From Polyangiaceae bacterium (GTDB taxonomy: Bacteria; Myxococcota_A; Polyangia; Polyangiales; Polyangiaceae), in contig JBNKBE010000025.1 of NCBI GenBank assembly GCA_050287085.1, positions 1 to 64,000 of the forward strand: a DNA stretch of 64,000 nucleotides. Reading direction: 5' to 3'. The notes beneath the pieces are model-generated. The model saw only the letters and a list, made by a program, of their open reading frames with translations. It did not search any database and was not told the DNA's origin. This document shows positions 1-10,253 of this stretch, piece after piece; within the stretch, counting starts at the first letter, position 1; each line of letters starts with the position of its first letter. Made by a program: the position numbers and the translations under genes.

Positions 1-735
1 CCCCCAAGCAACAGGGCGCCCTAGGCCGAAAGAGCCGTGGTCCCGAAAACGCGCCACTGCACTAGGGAATGCGCCGGTGAATGCGCTAGCGCCAGTCGGG
101 GCTCGTTCAATACGCGTTGACCTTCCGCGCGCACCGTCTTGCCGGCAAGCACAAAAAGGTTCGGCTGCGGCTCGCAACGCCCGCCGCGTCTCAGTGTGTG
201 TTGCGACCGCAATCGGCATCGACGTCTTCGCGCGCGCTCTCCGGGTCCCACGGTGCGGCTCCCGGTGGCGGCTCGACGCCGATGGCGCCTCCCAGGGCCC
301 AGTCGCCGGCCTGGGCACCCCCGCCCTGGACCGCCCCGCCCTGGGCTCAAACAGCATCCCCCCGCGGGTGCCCAGGGACACCCCAGCCTCCAGACCGCTC
401 ACGCCTCATGCGCACCGACCAGCTTGCTATGCCGCGCCCCACTCACCACGGCCCAAGCCCAGGTCCTCTGCCTAGCGCAGATCCACAATATGTCAGAACA
501 TGGCAAACTCGAGTCCCGCAGCGAATGGCTTGCGCTGGATGAAGCGCGACGCGGGCCGGAGTCATCCCGGGTAGGGGCTCGCGCAGGCCGCTCTGCGATT
601 GCGCTCCGCTCTGCCGCAGCCAGTGTACTCGAAGCACCGACAGGAGCCTACCGCTCAGCGAGCTAGCCAGGACCTCCGGGGACGGGCGCGCATCACTTGT
701 TTGTGCTGCAGCGCGGCACGCGCTACCAGAACACT

Positions 736-3700
736 ATGACAGCGGAGCACACGCATGGAGCGGAGCACACGCATGGAGCGGAGCACACGCCTGGAGCGGA
801 GCACACGCCTGGTCCACCCCGCGGCGGCTCGCGGGAGCAGTATGAGGTCCCCCCCCCCTCATACACTGATCGCGCTCACTCCAGTGCGGGCTCCCACTCC
901 TTGCTCCTGGCGTGGCTGCGCAGGCCCGAACTCTGGCTCTTCATGCTGGTGTTGATCGCGGGTGGCTACTTTTTTGGAGGTGCTTCCTGGAACCAGAACG
1001 CGCGCCTGGACGCGATCTTCAACTTCGTTGAGCCGGGGCCCGACCGCTTCTCTTTCCGAATCGATCGCTTCCTGATCGATCCAAGTCGAAACGTCAATAC
1101 CGGCGACTGGTCACAAAGCGGCGGCCACTACTACGCCAACAAGGCACCGGGCACGCTGTTCATTGGGGTACTGGCCTACGCTCCCCTGTACTGGCTGGAG
1201 AGCTTGGTCGGAGCGAATCTTGACTACCCTCCCATCGCCACGTTCAACGCATATCTCATCAACGTGGCGGTCAGCGTTTTGCCTCTAGCGGCCGCGCTGG
1301 TCCTGTACTACCGGCTCCTACGGAAGCAGCTCCCGGCAGCTCGGGCCGCCCTCTTCGCGACCCTAACCTTCCTGGGCACGGAACTGTGGCCCTATGCAAC
1401 GCAGCTCTGGGGTCACCCTACGTCAGCAGCCTTCATCATGATGGCGCTGTGGGCCCTAGAGAAGGCACCCCGCAGCCCCCGTTGGGCGGCTGTAGCGGGC
1501 GCTGGCCTAGGCGGTGCCGTGTTGTGCGACTTCCTCGCCATCGCCGTCGTCGCGCCGCTCTTGGCGCTCGTAGCGTTCCAGAAGCGCCAACGGCTCTGGC
1601 CGCTACTGCTAGGCGCGTCCCCCTTTGCGCTTGCGCTGATATCCTATCAATGGTGGTGCTTCGGAGCCCCCTGGACACTTCCCACAGCCGGCACACAACA
1701 GGCGTTTCTCGATGACCAGCGACTCTTGGGGGTATTTGGTGGCATCGACGCAGACGCGCTGAAGGCAACGACGTGGGGAGCCTACCGAGGTCTCTTCACG
1801 CAGATGCCCTGGCTTACCCTCGCTCCTCTTGGCTTCTGCTACTGGCTTCGGAGAAGCCGGCGCGACCCCTGGCTTTGGACCGCCATTGCAGGTTTCGTCG
1901 CGACTCTAATTTGGGTCGCCAGTTTCAATGGTTGGCACGGGGGGGCCACGGTATGCGCACGCTATCTGACGGTGGCCCTGCCCCTTCTCATTTTGGCGCT
2001 CAAGGAACTGCCGTCGCAGCGCTGGATTGATGCCACGCTCGGGACCCTCGGCTTCGTTTCGGTGCTCAACATGCTGGCTGTTGCGGCAACGAGTCCTCTG
2101 GCGCCCGACAAGGACCCAAACCCGCTCTACGGTAGGAGCTATGAGACCTTTTTCTCAGGGCAATTCAATTCATACACGTTGCCTGTTCGGAACATCCAAA
2201 CCCACCCGGAGTTCGCCCGCTATCAGGACGACACGTGTTGGAATATTGGAGCAAATCTGGGTTTGCACGGGGCTTGGCAATTGCTCCCCCTCGCCGCCTG
2301 CATGGCCGCGCTCGCGTTCGCGCTCATCGCAACCACAGGCGCACGACCACGTCCGCACCGCGTCGTAGTCGCGGTCGTCGCGGCTTGTTTCGTCCCGACG
2401 CTGGGGTTCGGATTCGTCAGCTGGGACGACGCCTTACACTTGACCGGCAACCCCCTTGTCCTCACCCCAGACGTCGTGCCGTGGTGGGAACATATAACGA
2501 CCCCCAAGCTCGGCTACCCCTCTCCCCTCACGGTCGCAACCTATCGCATCGAACACTGGCTGTTCGGGATTGCAGACGCTTGGCCTTTTCACGCCACAAA
2601 CGTCGGATTGATGGCCCTCGTCGTCTCGCTCGTCGTCGCCTGCGGCCGCTGCTTAGGGCTCGGTCCATGGGGCTGCGTCCTGGCGGCAATAGTCTTCGGA
2701 CTGCATCCGGCAGTAGCAGAGCCCGTTTCTTGGATTAGCGGTCGAAAGGATCTGCTGGCGGCCGCCTTTTCGCTTGGAGCGCTGAGTGTCGCACTGAGCC
2801 GGCCCCACCTTCTTCGCTGGCGCGCACTCGGCTTCGTACTGTTTCTATGCGCGCTGGCGGCAAAACCGGTCAGTGCCTTCGTCGCTATCCTGCTGCCGCT
2901 TTGGCGCTATTTCGGGATTGTGCCGATGCCCCGAGGCGCCAATACGCACCTAGCGCGAGCAGCCCACGCCCTTCGTTCCAGTGCCCCCGAGCTTCTTGCG
3001 ACGCTCGCTCTCTTGCCTGTAGCCTGGCTGGGTCAGGCGGCCACCCACAGCTTACGCCTCGAGCGTTCCGGATTCGGCCTCCTTCGGGACGCATGGTATG
3101 CACTTGGCTTTCACCTTCGGCTCGTCCTTGGACTGCAAGCGCCTAGTGCCAAATACCTGCCCTTGCCGTGGCCGGCTCCCTTTACCCCAAACGTCGACCT
3201 ACTACCTCTGATACTGGGACCGATTGTCCTGTTGGCCGCGCGCTCCAGCAATCGCATCGTCAAAGCGGGGCTGCTGTTGTCCTTGACAGCTTACCTACCG
3301 ACCTCAAACCTCATCCCATTGACGCGAGCGCTCGCGGATGTGTACGTCTTCATGCCCCTGGTTGGACTCGCCTTGGCGCTGGCCGGTGCCTTGGAGCCGG
3401 CGCTTGAACGCATGCCTCGCCCTTGGCAACGCGGGTCGACAATACTGGTATTGGGGGCAGTGCTCTTGGTCCGCACCGCGCCGGCTTCACAGGTCTGGCG
3501 TAGCAGCATTACACTGTGGGCCAACGCCTTCAAACTCTACCCCCACGACTACCGCCTATGCCGCAATCTTGGGAACGCCGAATTGCAATTGCTCGGGCCC
3601 CAAGCGGGCCTCAAACGATACGAGGCGTGTGCTCGGCAATTCGATGCGAGTCCGTTCGAGCGAAATATCGCCATCGCCTTGGCGCTAGCCGGGGATAGGG

Positions 3701-3804
3701 AGCGTGCAATACCGAAACTCCAGCGCATTCTGCTCCAAGACCCGAGCGATAGCGCGGTGCAACGCTACCTGGAGCGCCTCAAAGGGTCCGCGCCTACTCG
3801 ATGA
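736..3804 (+). CDS. Polytopic membrane protein with two fused GT-C-type glycosyltransferase modules: N-terminal ArnT/PMT-like, C-terminal TMTC-like with TPR tail
   Basis: Many TM segments. C-half has WDD..GNP, FHATN, HPAVAEPVSWISGRKDLL and WRSSITLW followed by TPR-like helices, matching TMTC-type motifs. N-half has a GDWSQSGGHYYANKAPG loop. ATG 736 chosen over TTG 697. Confidence 0.7.
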   Translation: MTAEHTHGAEHTHGAEHTPGAEHTPGPPRGGSREQYEVPPPSYTDRAHSSAGSHSLLLAWLRRPELWLFMLVLIAGGYFFGGASWNQNARLDAIFNFVEPGPDRFSFRIDRFLIDPSRNVNTGDWSQSGGHYYANKAPGTLFIGVLAYAPLYWLESLVGANLDYPPIATFNAYLINVAVSVLPLAAALVLYYRLLRKQLPAARAALFATLTFLGTELWPYATQLWGHPTSAAFIMMALWALEKAPRSPRWAAVAGAGLGGAVLCDFLAIAVVAPLLALVAFQKRQRLWPLLLGASPFALALISYQWWCFGAPWTLPTAGTQQAFLDDQRLLGVFGGIDADALKATTWGAYRGLFTQMPWLTLAPLGFCYWLRRSRRDPWLWTAIAGFVATLIWVASFNGWHGGATVCARYLTVALPLLILALKELPSQRWIDATLGTLGFVSVLNMLAVAATSPLAPDKDPNPLYGRSYETFFSGQFNSYTLPVRNIQTHPEFARYQDDTCWNIGANLGLHGAWQLLPLAACMAALAFALIATTGARPRPHRVVVAVVAACFVPTLGFGFVSWDDALHLTGNPLVLTPDVVPWWEHITTPKLGYPSPLTVATYRIEHWLFGIADAWPFHATNVGLMALVVSLVVACGRCLGLGPWGCVLAAIVFGLHPAVAEPVSWISGRKDLLAAAFSLGALSVALSRPHLLRWRALGFVLFLCALAAKPVSAFVAILLPLWRYFGIVPMPRGANTHLARAAHALRSSAPELLATLALLPVAWLGQAATHSLRLERSGFGLLRDAWYALGFHLRLVLGLQAPSAKYLPLPWPAPFTPNVDLLPLILGPIVLLAARSSNRIVKAGLLLSLTAYLPTSNLIPLTRALADVYVFMPLVGLALALAGALEPALERMPRPWQRGSTILVLGAVLLVRTAPASQVWRSSITLWANAFKLYPHDYRLCRNLGNAELQLLGPQAGLKRYEACARQFDASPFERNIAIALALAGDRERAIPKLQRILLQDPSDSAVQRYLERLKGSAPTR
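742..813 (+). repeat. In-frame 18-bp tandem repeat x4 encoding AEHT(H/P)G
   Basis: GCGGAGCACACGC(A/C)TGG(A/T) at 742, 760, 778 and 796. Confidence 0.95.
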
Positions 3805-3912
3805 TCCGATGGCCTCACCGGGGCCGCAGCGTACGAGTTTGGCGTGCTGCGTTTTGCGCTCAAGACTCACTCGTCGCGGGTCGCCTCACCGTCGCGCCCA
3901 AGAATGCTGGGC

Positions 3913-4551
3913 CTAGCCCTGTTCGAGATCGTCGGCGATGTAGCTGAGGATGACGGCGTCCAGAGTCTGTTCCCCAAGCTCTTTACCGCGGAACAAGCCA
4001 CCACCGACGCCCGCACGCGCCGAGGGGCGGTTGCGTGCCGGCTCGCTCCCTTCGCGGCGACGCGACGCCGAGGAAGGCGCCGCGTGTGGCTCCAGGAGAG
4101 GCGTGTGTTCCGTCGAGGTGCTAATTCGAGGCGGCGCCTGCTCGTCTCCCGCCCTAGGTGAAGGTGGGACGAGGTCGCTCGCGAGCAGCCGCCCCGCATC
4201 GGGCGCTATCGACCCGGATACCTGCGCACCAGAGCCTCCAGCAGAAAGCGGCGGTGGACCCAGCATCTCGGCGATGCGCTCATCGAGAGCGCCGTCGCGC
4301 AATGCGAGAAACATCGCCTTATGCTGCGTCTTCATCTGGCGACGAACCTGGTCCGAAAGGTCCTCGGCACCAATCCAATGACTGTAGTCATAGCGCGCGG
4401 AATCAACGATTCGCCCGCCATCGACAAACAGATGGGTGATGATATGCGGCCGGCGTATTCCGGAGTCCTCCGTTTGAATATGGAAGACGCGTCCGCCATG
4501 ACGAACGTTGTTGTTGAACCCAACCTGGGGTGGTGGCGAATAGCTCGGCAA
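3913..4551 (-). CDS. Conserved hypothetical protein, myxobacterial type
   Basis: Folded-looking N-domain GFNNNVRHGGRVFHIQTEDSG, Pro/Ser-rich linker, C-terminal TLDAVILSYI motif. Confidence 0.75.
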   Translation of the reverse strand: MPSYSPPPQVGFNNNVRHGGRVFHIQTEDSGIRRPHIITHLFVDGGRIVDSARYDYSHWIGAEDLSDQVRRQMKTQHKAMFLALRDGALDERIAEMLGPPPLSAGGSGAQVSGSIAPDAGRLLASDLVPPSPRAGDEQAPPRISTSTEHTPLLEPHAAPSSASRRREGSEPARNRPSARAGVGGGLFRGKELGEQTLDAVILSYIADDLEQG

Positions 4552-4694
4552 CGAACAGATCTCCCGACGGGCGCGCGGTGCGACCTCTGATGGCTGAAGT
4601 TACCACATCCGCGGGAGCAGGTGCCAAGAAGGCAAAAATGAAACTAAGCCACGCACACCGCGACTGGAAGCGTGCCAGAAGGGGGCTCGCGTAC

Positions 4695-6629
4695 TTAATG
4701 AACGGCTTCGTCGAGCCGTCGCATGCCCTCCAGCAGCAAGGCTTCGGGCGACGCCGTCATCACCTGTTGTGGTGCGGTGTAGTTCGGATCCAAGACAAAG
4801 TCGCCGGCGGCCAAGGCTAACATGGCGTAAAATGCCTCTTCGCCCCGAAGATTTCCCCACAGTGCATTGAAGATCTGGCCTTGCACGAAGTGAATTTCAC
4901 CTGTGCCTCTTTTTGCACGAATCTTGAGCGAGCCGGTCTTTCGACCATGCCACAGCACCTGGACGATCTCGGGCAACCCCATTTCTTGAAGCGAGCCTGC
5001 AACGCCTCGAGCGCCAGTGGTCCGAGCCTCCCGCTCCAGCACTTGTTTCAGCTTCGTGACCAACACGTCCGCGGCGACGGGCTTCGTCATGTAGTCTGCC
5101 GCCCCCAGCTCGAACGCCTTCTGCGCGTCCGCTCGGCCCGCGCGATTGGTAACAAAGACCCACGGGATGGTTTCCTCGCTCCGACGGCGCGCCTCCGAAA
5201 GAAGACCGAAGCCATCATGCTGGCCGAGCTCGAGCTCGGAGACGACGATCTGGATGTCACCCGCGTCCAGAACCGCAAGAGCTGTCTTTGCGTCGCGGGC
5301 AATCCGCACCTCGAACCCCTGCTCGATGAGGCGCAACTCGAGCACCGTCGATTCTTCCGGGTCAGGTTCGACGACAAGCGCCACGTAGCGATTGGCCAGC
5401 AAGCGCGCTCTCAAGTCCTCTCCGGTGACGGTGTGCCGGAATAGATCGACGAGATTGGGATCGAAGATGCGCTTCGAGTACTTCGCAAGCACTTCGCAGG
5501 CCTGCGCCGGCCGCAACGTCTTGCGAAACGGATTGCGCGGACTCTGCGTTAGGTCGGCGTAGGTGTCGACGATGGCCAGCAAGCGCGCACCCAAGGGGAT
5601 CTCCTTCCCGGTGAACTCCCCCGGAAGCCCCTGACCGTCAAAACGCTCGTACAAAGAGGTGAGGGCACGCTTGGCTTCTGACGGCAACGCCACCGATTCC
5701 ATCAGTCGTAATGGCGCGCGATGCGACTTGCGGGCCGCGGCCCGATGGCCATCGTACTCGGCCACGTTGAGCGCGGTCAGATGGTAGGCGCTCATCTTGC
5801 CCAGGTCGTGTAGGTAGCCCGCGATCTGCAGGCTCGCGATCTGCGTGGGAGTCAAGCCGATGCGCTCGCCGATCTTCTTCAGCAAGCGAGCCACGTGTGA
5901 AGAGTGCCCGCGCAAGTCCGCACGCGAGTTCTCCAAGAGCGTGACGAGCACGTTGAGGGTCTCCAGATAGGACTCACTGCCCATGCCCTGAGGTCGAACC
6001 GCCGTCGCCGTGGCAGAGCCAAACTCCTCAGCGGTGAGTACGCGCTCCTTCTGAGGCTCCCCGGCAAGCGCCACCGCCATCGACTCTTCGCTGACGAGAT
6101 TCCGCTCGAATACGTTGAGCATCGAAGTGAATTGCTCGTGGGCACCGCGGTCTAACAACGCAAACGCATGCAGATCGCCGTTGTAGGCCTTCGCGACAGC
6201 AGCCTTGACGGCCAAGGGACGCGCCACGAGGGCACGGACCTGTTTGACCTTGGCCGCGAGCTGGATCTGACGCAGCAGGTTGGCGTCGTCTGGATCGGGC
6301 GTCACCACGCTAAGAAGTGCGTTGGCGTCGTCGTAGAGAACCGGAAACACCACTTCCTGTTCGGCCAGCTTCTTGGGCACCAGCTCCAAGGTGGCCATAT
6401 TGATGTCCGCCCGCGCCAGCTTCTCACTCCCCACAAAACGAGTCTTGTGCCGAGCCGCTATGAACTTGAGCAACGCGGTTTCTGCGATCGCCCCCACATC
6501 GAGCAACGCCTCCTCGATACGTCCGCCCATGATGCGCTGCTGATTGAGCGCTGCCTCCCGCTGCTCGGATGTAATGAGCCCCTCGGTAACCAATTCGTCC
6601 GTGATGCGGGGATTGCCCGTAGGATGCAT
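4695..6629 (-). CDS. MshEN/GSPII_E_N + HD-GYP-like + receiver-like + DUF4388 signalling protein
   Basis: RITDELVTEGLITSEQREAALNQQ (MshEN-like), HDLGK and ERFDGQGLP (HD-GYP-like), REC fold ending ADYMTKP, C-terminal GSLQEMGLPEIVQ..RKTGSL (DUF4388). Confidence 0.85.
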   Translation of the reverse strand: MHPTGNPRITDELVTEGLITSEQREAALNQQRIMGGRIEEALLDVGAIAETALLKFIAARHKTRFVGSEKLARADINMATLELVPKKLAEQEVVFPVLYDDANALLSVVTPDPDDANLLRQIQLAAKVKQVRALVARPLAVKAAVAKAYNGDLHAFALLDRGAHEQFTSMLNVFERNLVSEESMAVALAGEPQKERVLTAEEFGSATATAVRPQGMGSESYLETLNVLVTLLENSRADLRGHSSHVARLLKKIGERIGLTPTQIASLQIAGYLHDLGKMSAYHLTALNVAEYDGHRAAARKSHRAPLRLMESVALPSEAKRALTSLYERFDGQGLPGEFTGKEIPLGARLLAIVDTYADLTQSPRNPFRKTLRPAQACEVLAKYSKRIFDPNLVDLFRHTVTGEDLRARLLANRYVALVVEPDPEESTVLELRLIEQGFEVRIARDAKTALAVLDAGDIQIVVSELELGQHDGFGLLSEARRRSEETIPWVFVTNRAGRADAQKAFELGAADYMTKPVAADVLVTKLKQVLEREARTTGARGVAGSLQEMGLPEIVQVLWHGRKTGSLKIRAKRGTGEIHFVQGQIFNALWGNLRGEEAFYAMLALAAGDFVLDPNYTAPQQVMTASPEALLLEGMRRLDEAVH

Positions 6630-6865
6630 AAACGCGCAGATTTCCTGTCTCGAATAACCGCCCCCTCGGGGGTCGAAGAAAGTGTAGTCCCCTAAACGCG
6701 GAAGGCTCTCGCAGCCTCGCCCTCAACCCAAAACTGGCCAGACGACCAGGAGCCCATCAACCGCTGCCTACTGAAAAGCACTGCGGTATCCGAGGGCGTC
6801 CCCGCCGTGCGACGCTAAGTCGCCCGCCACAAAGCACATTTCCGTCCTGCCCGAAGCTCGTGGGC

Positions 6866-6894
6866 TTGACTTGTCCCAAGGTCGCGGCTACTAA
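6866..6894 (+). promoter_or_regulatory. Putative sigma70 promoter of rplM-rpsI
   Basis: TTGACT (6866-6871), 17-nt spacer, TACTAA (6889-6894). Confidence 0.55.
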
Positions 6895-7102
6895 ACCCGC
6901 CCCTTGTCGTAGGCCTCGGCCCGACAGGGGTCGCCTTGAACTCGACGGGGCGTGGGCGACGCTGACGATAACAACCACGCCAGCGCCCTGCAACTCGGCG
7001 AGTCGCTCATCCGACGAGGGTCAGTTCCTCAGAAAATGGGCAGAAGGACGGCTCCCGGGGCGCTGCGAATGGCGGCCACCCCCATCACAGACTGATTTGA
7101 CT

Positions 7103-7537
7103 ATGCGCACCTACGTTGCAAAACCCGAACAAGCCAAGGCCGACCGCAAGTGGTGGGTCATCGACGCGAAGGGCAAGACCCTTGGTCGGCTCGCAAGCGA
7201 GGCCGCCACTTTGCTCCGCGGTAAGCACAAGGCCACCTTCACGCCCCATGTGGACGTTGGTGACTTCGTGATCGTGATCAACGCGGCCGAGGTGGCTGTG
7301 ACGGGTCGGAAAACCAACGACAAGAAATACTACCGACATAGCGGTTATCCAGGTGGGCTGAAGGAACGCTCCTTCCGGGAGATGATCGAGCGTCAACCGA
7401 CGCAGCCGGTTCAACTGGCCATCAAGGGCATGCTTCCCAAGACGAAGTTGGGTGCTGCCATGTTGACCAAGCTCAAGGTTTATCCCTCCGCGGAGCATCC
7501 GCATGCCGCACAGCAGCCGGTAGCGCGCGAAGTCTAA
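7103..7537 (+). CDS. rplM: 50S ribosomal protein L13
   Basis: [52 protein letters not shown] 7103 gives 144 aa. Confidence 0.98.
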   Translation: MRTYVAKPEQAKADRKWWVIDAKGKTLGRLASEAATLLRGKHKATFTPHVDVGDFVIVINAAEVAVTGRKTNDKKYYRHSGYPGGLKERSFREMIERQPTQPVQLAIKGMLPKTKLGAAMLTKLKVYPSAEHPHAAQQPVAREV

Positions 7538-7561
7538 GGTTGGACTGAGGAAGATTGCATA

Positions 7562-7960
7562 ATGACCGAATCAACGTCCGTGTACGCAACCGGTAAACGC
7601 AAGACGGCTGTGGCCCGTGTCTGGCTAGCGCCAAACGGCTCGGGGCAGATAGTTGTCAACGGCAAGTCTGAGGAGGAGTACTTCGAGCGCCCCTCAGCCC
7701 GTATGATCGCGCGCCAGTCGCTTGAGCATCTGGAATTGGGTGACAAGTACGACGTCAGGTGCACCGTCGCCGGTGGTGGCCACGCCGCCCAGGCGGAAGC
7801 TGTGCGCCACGGAATCGCGCGAGCTTTGATCGAAGAGGAGCCCGAGCGCCGACGAGACCTCAAGCAGGGTGGATTCCTGACTCGTGATGCTCGTGCGAAA
7901 GAGCGCAAGAAGTACGGACAGCCCGGTGCTCGTAAGCGCTTCCAGTACTCGAAGCGTTAG
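7562..7960 (+). CDS. rpsI: 30S ribosomal protein S9
   Basis: [47 protein letters not shown]. Confidence 0.98.
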   Translation: MTESTSVYATGKRKTAVARVWLAPNGSGQIVVNGKSEEEYFERPSARMIARQSLEHLELGDKYDVRCTVAGGGHAAQAEAVRHGIARALIEEEPERRRDLKQGGFLTRDARAKERKKYGQPGARKRFQYSKR

Positions 7961-8016
7961 TTCGTAGCTCTTGGGTACAAGTTCGATACGCAGGACTTGT
8001 TCTCAAATCGGAGTTG

Positions 8017-8053
8017 GAAAAGGGGTGGCCTAGCGGCCGCCTCTTTTCGTTTG
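8017..8053 (+). terminator. Intrinsic terminator after rpsI
   Basis: GAAAAGGGGTGGCC-TAGC-GGCCGCCTCTTTTC stem-loop ending in a T-rich tail. Confidence 0.75.
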
Positions 8054-8183
8054 TCAAGTCAAAGCCGACGCGGGTTGAACGAGCAGGTTTCAACGTGTCG
8101 CCGGAAGATGGCAGGTGGCCTTCTCGTGTGTTTGCCAATCCCAATGCCGACACCCGGCAAGCGTAGTTGTAGACTCACGGCAC

Positions 8184-10229
8184 GTGACCGATCATTGCTT
8201 CGAACTCGAAAGCCGCTTTGAGCCTCGCGGGGCCCAACCGGAGGCGATCCGACAGCTCACGGCTGGACTCGACGCCGGGCGAAAGCTGCAGACTCTCGTC
8301 GGCATCACGGGCAGCGGAAAGACGTTCACGATCGCCAACGTCATACGCCATTGGGGCCGCCCGACGCTGATCATCGCCCCCAACAAGACGCTGGCTGCAC
8401 AGCTGTACGGAGAGATGCGTGACCTCTTTCCCAACAACGCAGTGCGCTACTTCGTCAGCTACTACGACTACTACCAGCCCGAAGCCTACGTTCCGACGAG
8501 CGACACCTTCATCGAGAAGGACGCCATCATCAACGATGAGATCGACCGCATGCGGCATGCCGCAACGCAAAGCCTGCTATCTCGTCCTGACGTCATCATC
8601 GTGGCCAGCGTCAGCTGCATCTACGGCATAGGAGCGGCCGAAAGCTACGAGGGGCTGCTGATACAAATCACTCGAGGCGAGGCACTCCGGCGAGATGTCT
8701 TACTGCGCCGCCTGGTCGACATTCAGTATGACCGCAACGATACGGACTTCCATCGTGGCACCTTCCGTGTGCGCGGCGACGTAGTCGAGATCTTCCCCGT
8801 CTACGAGGAAAAGCGAGCGCTCCGCGTCGAGTTTTTCGGCGACGAAGTCGACGAACTCGCGATCATCGATCCGCTTCGCGGCAAGACGCTGGAACGTGTC
8901 GACAGCTACGCTCTGTATCCGGGTTCGCACTACGTAACTCCGAAAGAGCTGATGAAGCGGGCCATCGAGGGAATTCGGGTCGAGCTCTCCGAGCGCCTTC
9001 AATTCTTTCAGGACCGAGACCAACTCCTGGAACGGCAGCGCCTCGAACAACGAACCCTCTACGACCTCGAGATGATGGAGCATATGGGGTTTGTTCAGGG
9101 GATTGAAAACTACTCGCGACACCTATCGGGACGTGCACCGGGCGAGCCGCCCCCCACATTGATAGACTACTTCCCTGATGACTTTCTCCTGATCTTGGAC
9201 GAATCCCATCAGACAATTCCTCAAATCGGCGCGATGTTCCGGGGCGATCGTTCCCGCAAGCAGACACTGGTTGAATATGGCTTTCGCCTACCCAGTGCGC
9301 TCGACAACCGCCCACTGCAGTTCGAAGAATTCGAACGCTATATCCGACACACTATCGCGGTGTCGGCCACACCAGGCGATTGGGAGCTCGAACGCGGCGA
9401 AGGAGCCCCCGTTGAACAGCTCATTCGTCCCACCGGGCTACTCGACCCCGAGATCAGCATTTCCCCGGTGGATGGCCAGGTGGACCACCTGCTAGCCGAA
9501 ATCCGTACACGGGTGAACAAGAACGAACGGGTTCTCGTTACGACGCTAACCAAACGGATGGCTGAAGACCTGACCGAGTACTATACCGAACTCGGCGTTC
9601 GCGTCCGTTACCTGCACTCCGACGTAGAGACGTTGGAACGTGTCAAACTGCTCAGAGATCTTCGAGCTGGGGAATATGACGTGCTGGTGGGCATCAATCT
9701 CTTGCGTGAGGGCCTCGATCTGCCCGAGGTGAGCCTCGTCGCAATTCTGGACGCCGACAAGGAAGGTTTCCTACGCAGCCCGCGTTCCCTCATTCAAACG
9801 ATCGGGCGCGCCGCGAGAAACGCCGAAGGACGCGTCATCATGTACGCCGACCGAATCACCCCCGCCATGCAGGTCGCAATAGACGAAACCGCGCGTCGAA
9901 GAATCATTCAAGAGCAATACAACGCCGAACATGGGGTAACGCCCACAACCGTACGACGTGCCATCACTGACATGAATCCAGCGGAGGGTGAAACTGACTA
10001 CTATCCGATCGCGAAAGGCTCGGCAAAGAGCCGAGGTGACGACACTTCCGCGGATGCCGAAACCATTGATGCTTTGCGCGAAGAGATGCTGTCGGCTGCC
10101 GAGACTTTGGATTTCGAGCGGGCGGCACGCTTGCGAGACCAGCTGAAGCGGCTGCAGGGAGAGCTCGTCACGGCAGCGCCCGCGCGCACCTCGCGGGCGC
10201 CGAGAGGACGGGGGCGCAAACGGCGCTGA
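8184..10229 (+). CDS. uvrB: Excinuclease ABC subunit B
   Basis: [37 protein letters not shown]-terminal UVR motif [14 protein letters not shown] 8184 is the likely start. Confidence 0.97.
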   Translation: MTDHCFELESRFEPRGAQPEAIRQLTAGLDAGRKLQTLVGITGSGKTFTIANVIRHWGRPTLIIAPNKTLAAQLYGEMRDLFPNNAVRYFVSYYDYYQPEAYVPTSDTFIEKDAIINDEIDRMRHAATQSLLSRPDVIIVASVSCIYGIGAAESYEGLLIQITRGEALRRDVLLRRLVDIQYDRNDTDFHRGTFRVRGDVVEIFPVYEEKRALRVEFFGDEVDELAIIDPLRGKTLERVDSYALYPGSHYVTPKELMKRAIEGIRVELSERLQFFQDRDQLLERQRLEQRTLYDLEMMEHMGFVQGIENYSRHLSGRAPGEPPPTLIDYFPDDFLLILDESHQTIPQIGAMFRGDRSRKQTLVEYGFRLPSALDNRPLQFEEFERYIRHTIAVSATPGDWELERGEGAPVEQLIRPTGLLDPEISISPVDGQVDHLLAEIRTRVNKNERVLVTTLTKRMAEDLTEYYTELGVRVRYLHSDVETLERVKLLRDLRAGEYDVLVGINLLREGLDLPEVSLVAILDADKEGFLRSPRSLIQTIGRAARNAEGRVIMYADRITPAMQVAIDETARRRIIQEQYNAEHGVTPTTVRRAITDMNPAEGETDYYPIAKGSAKSRGDDTSADAETIDALREEMLSAAETLDFERAARLRDQLKRLQGELVTAAPARTSRAPRGRGRKRR

Positions 10230-10253
10230 GCTGAGCAGGACTGAGATCGCAGC

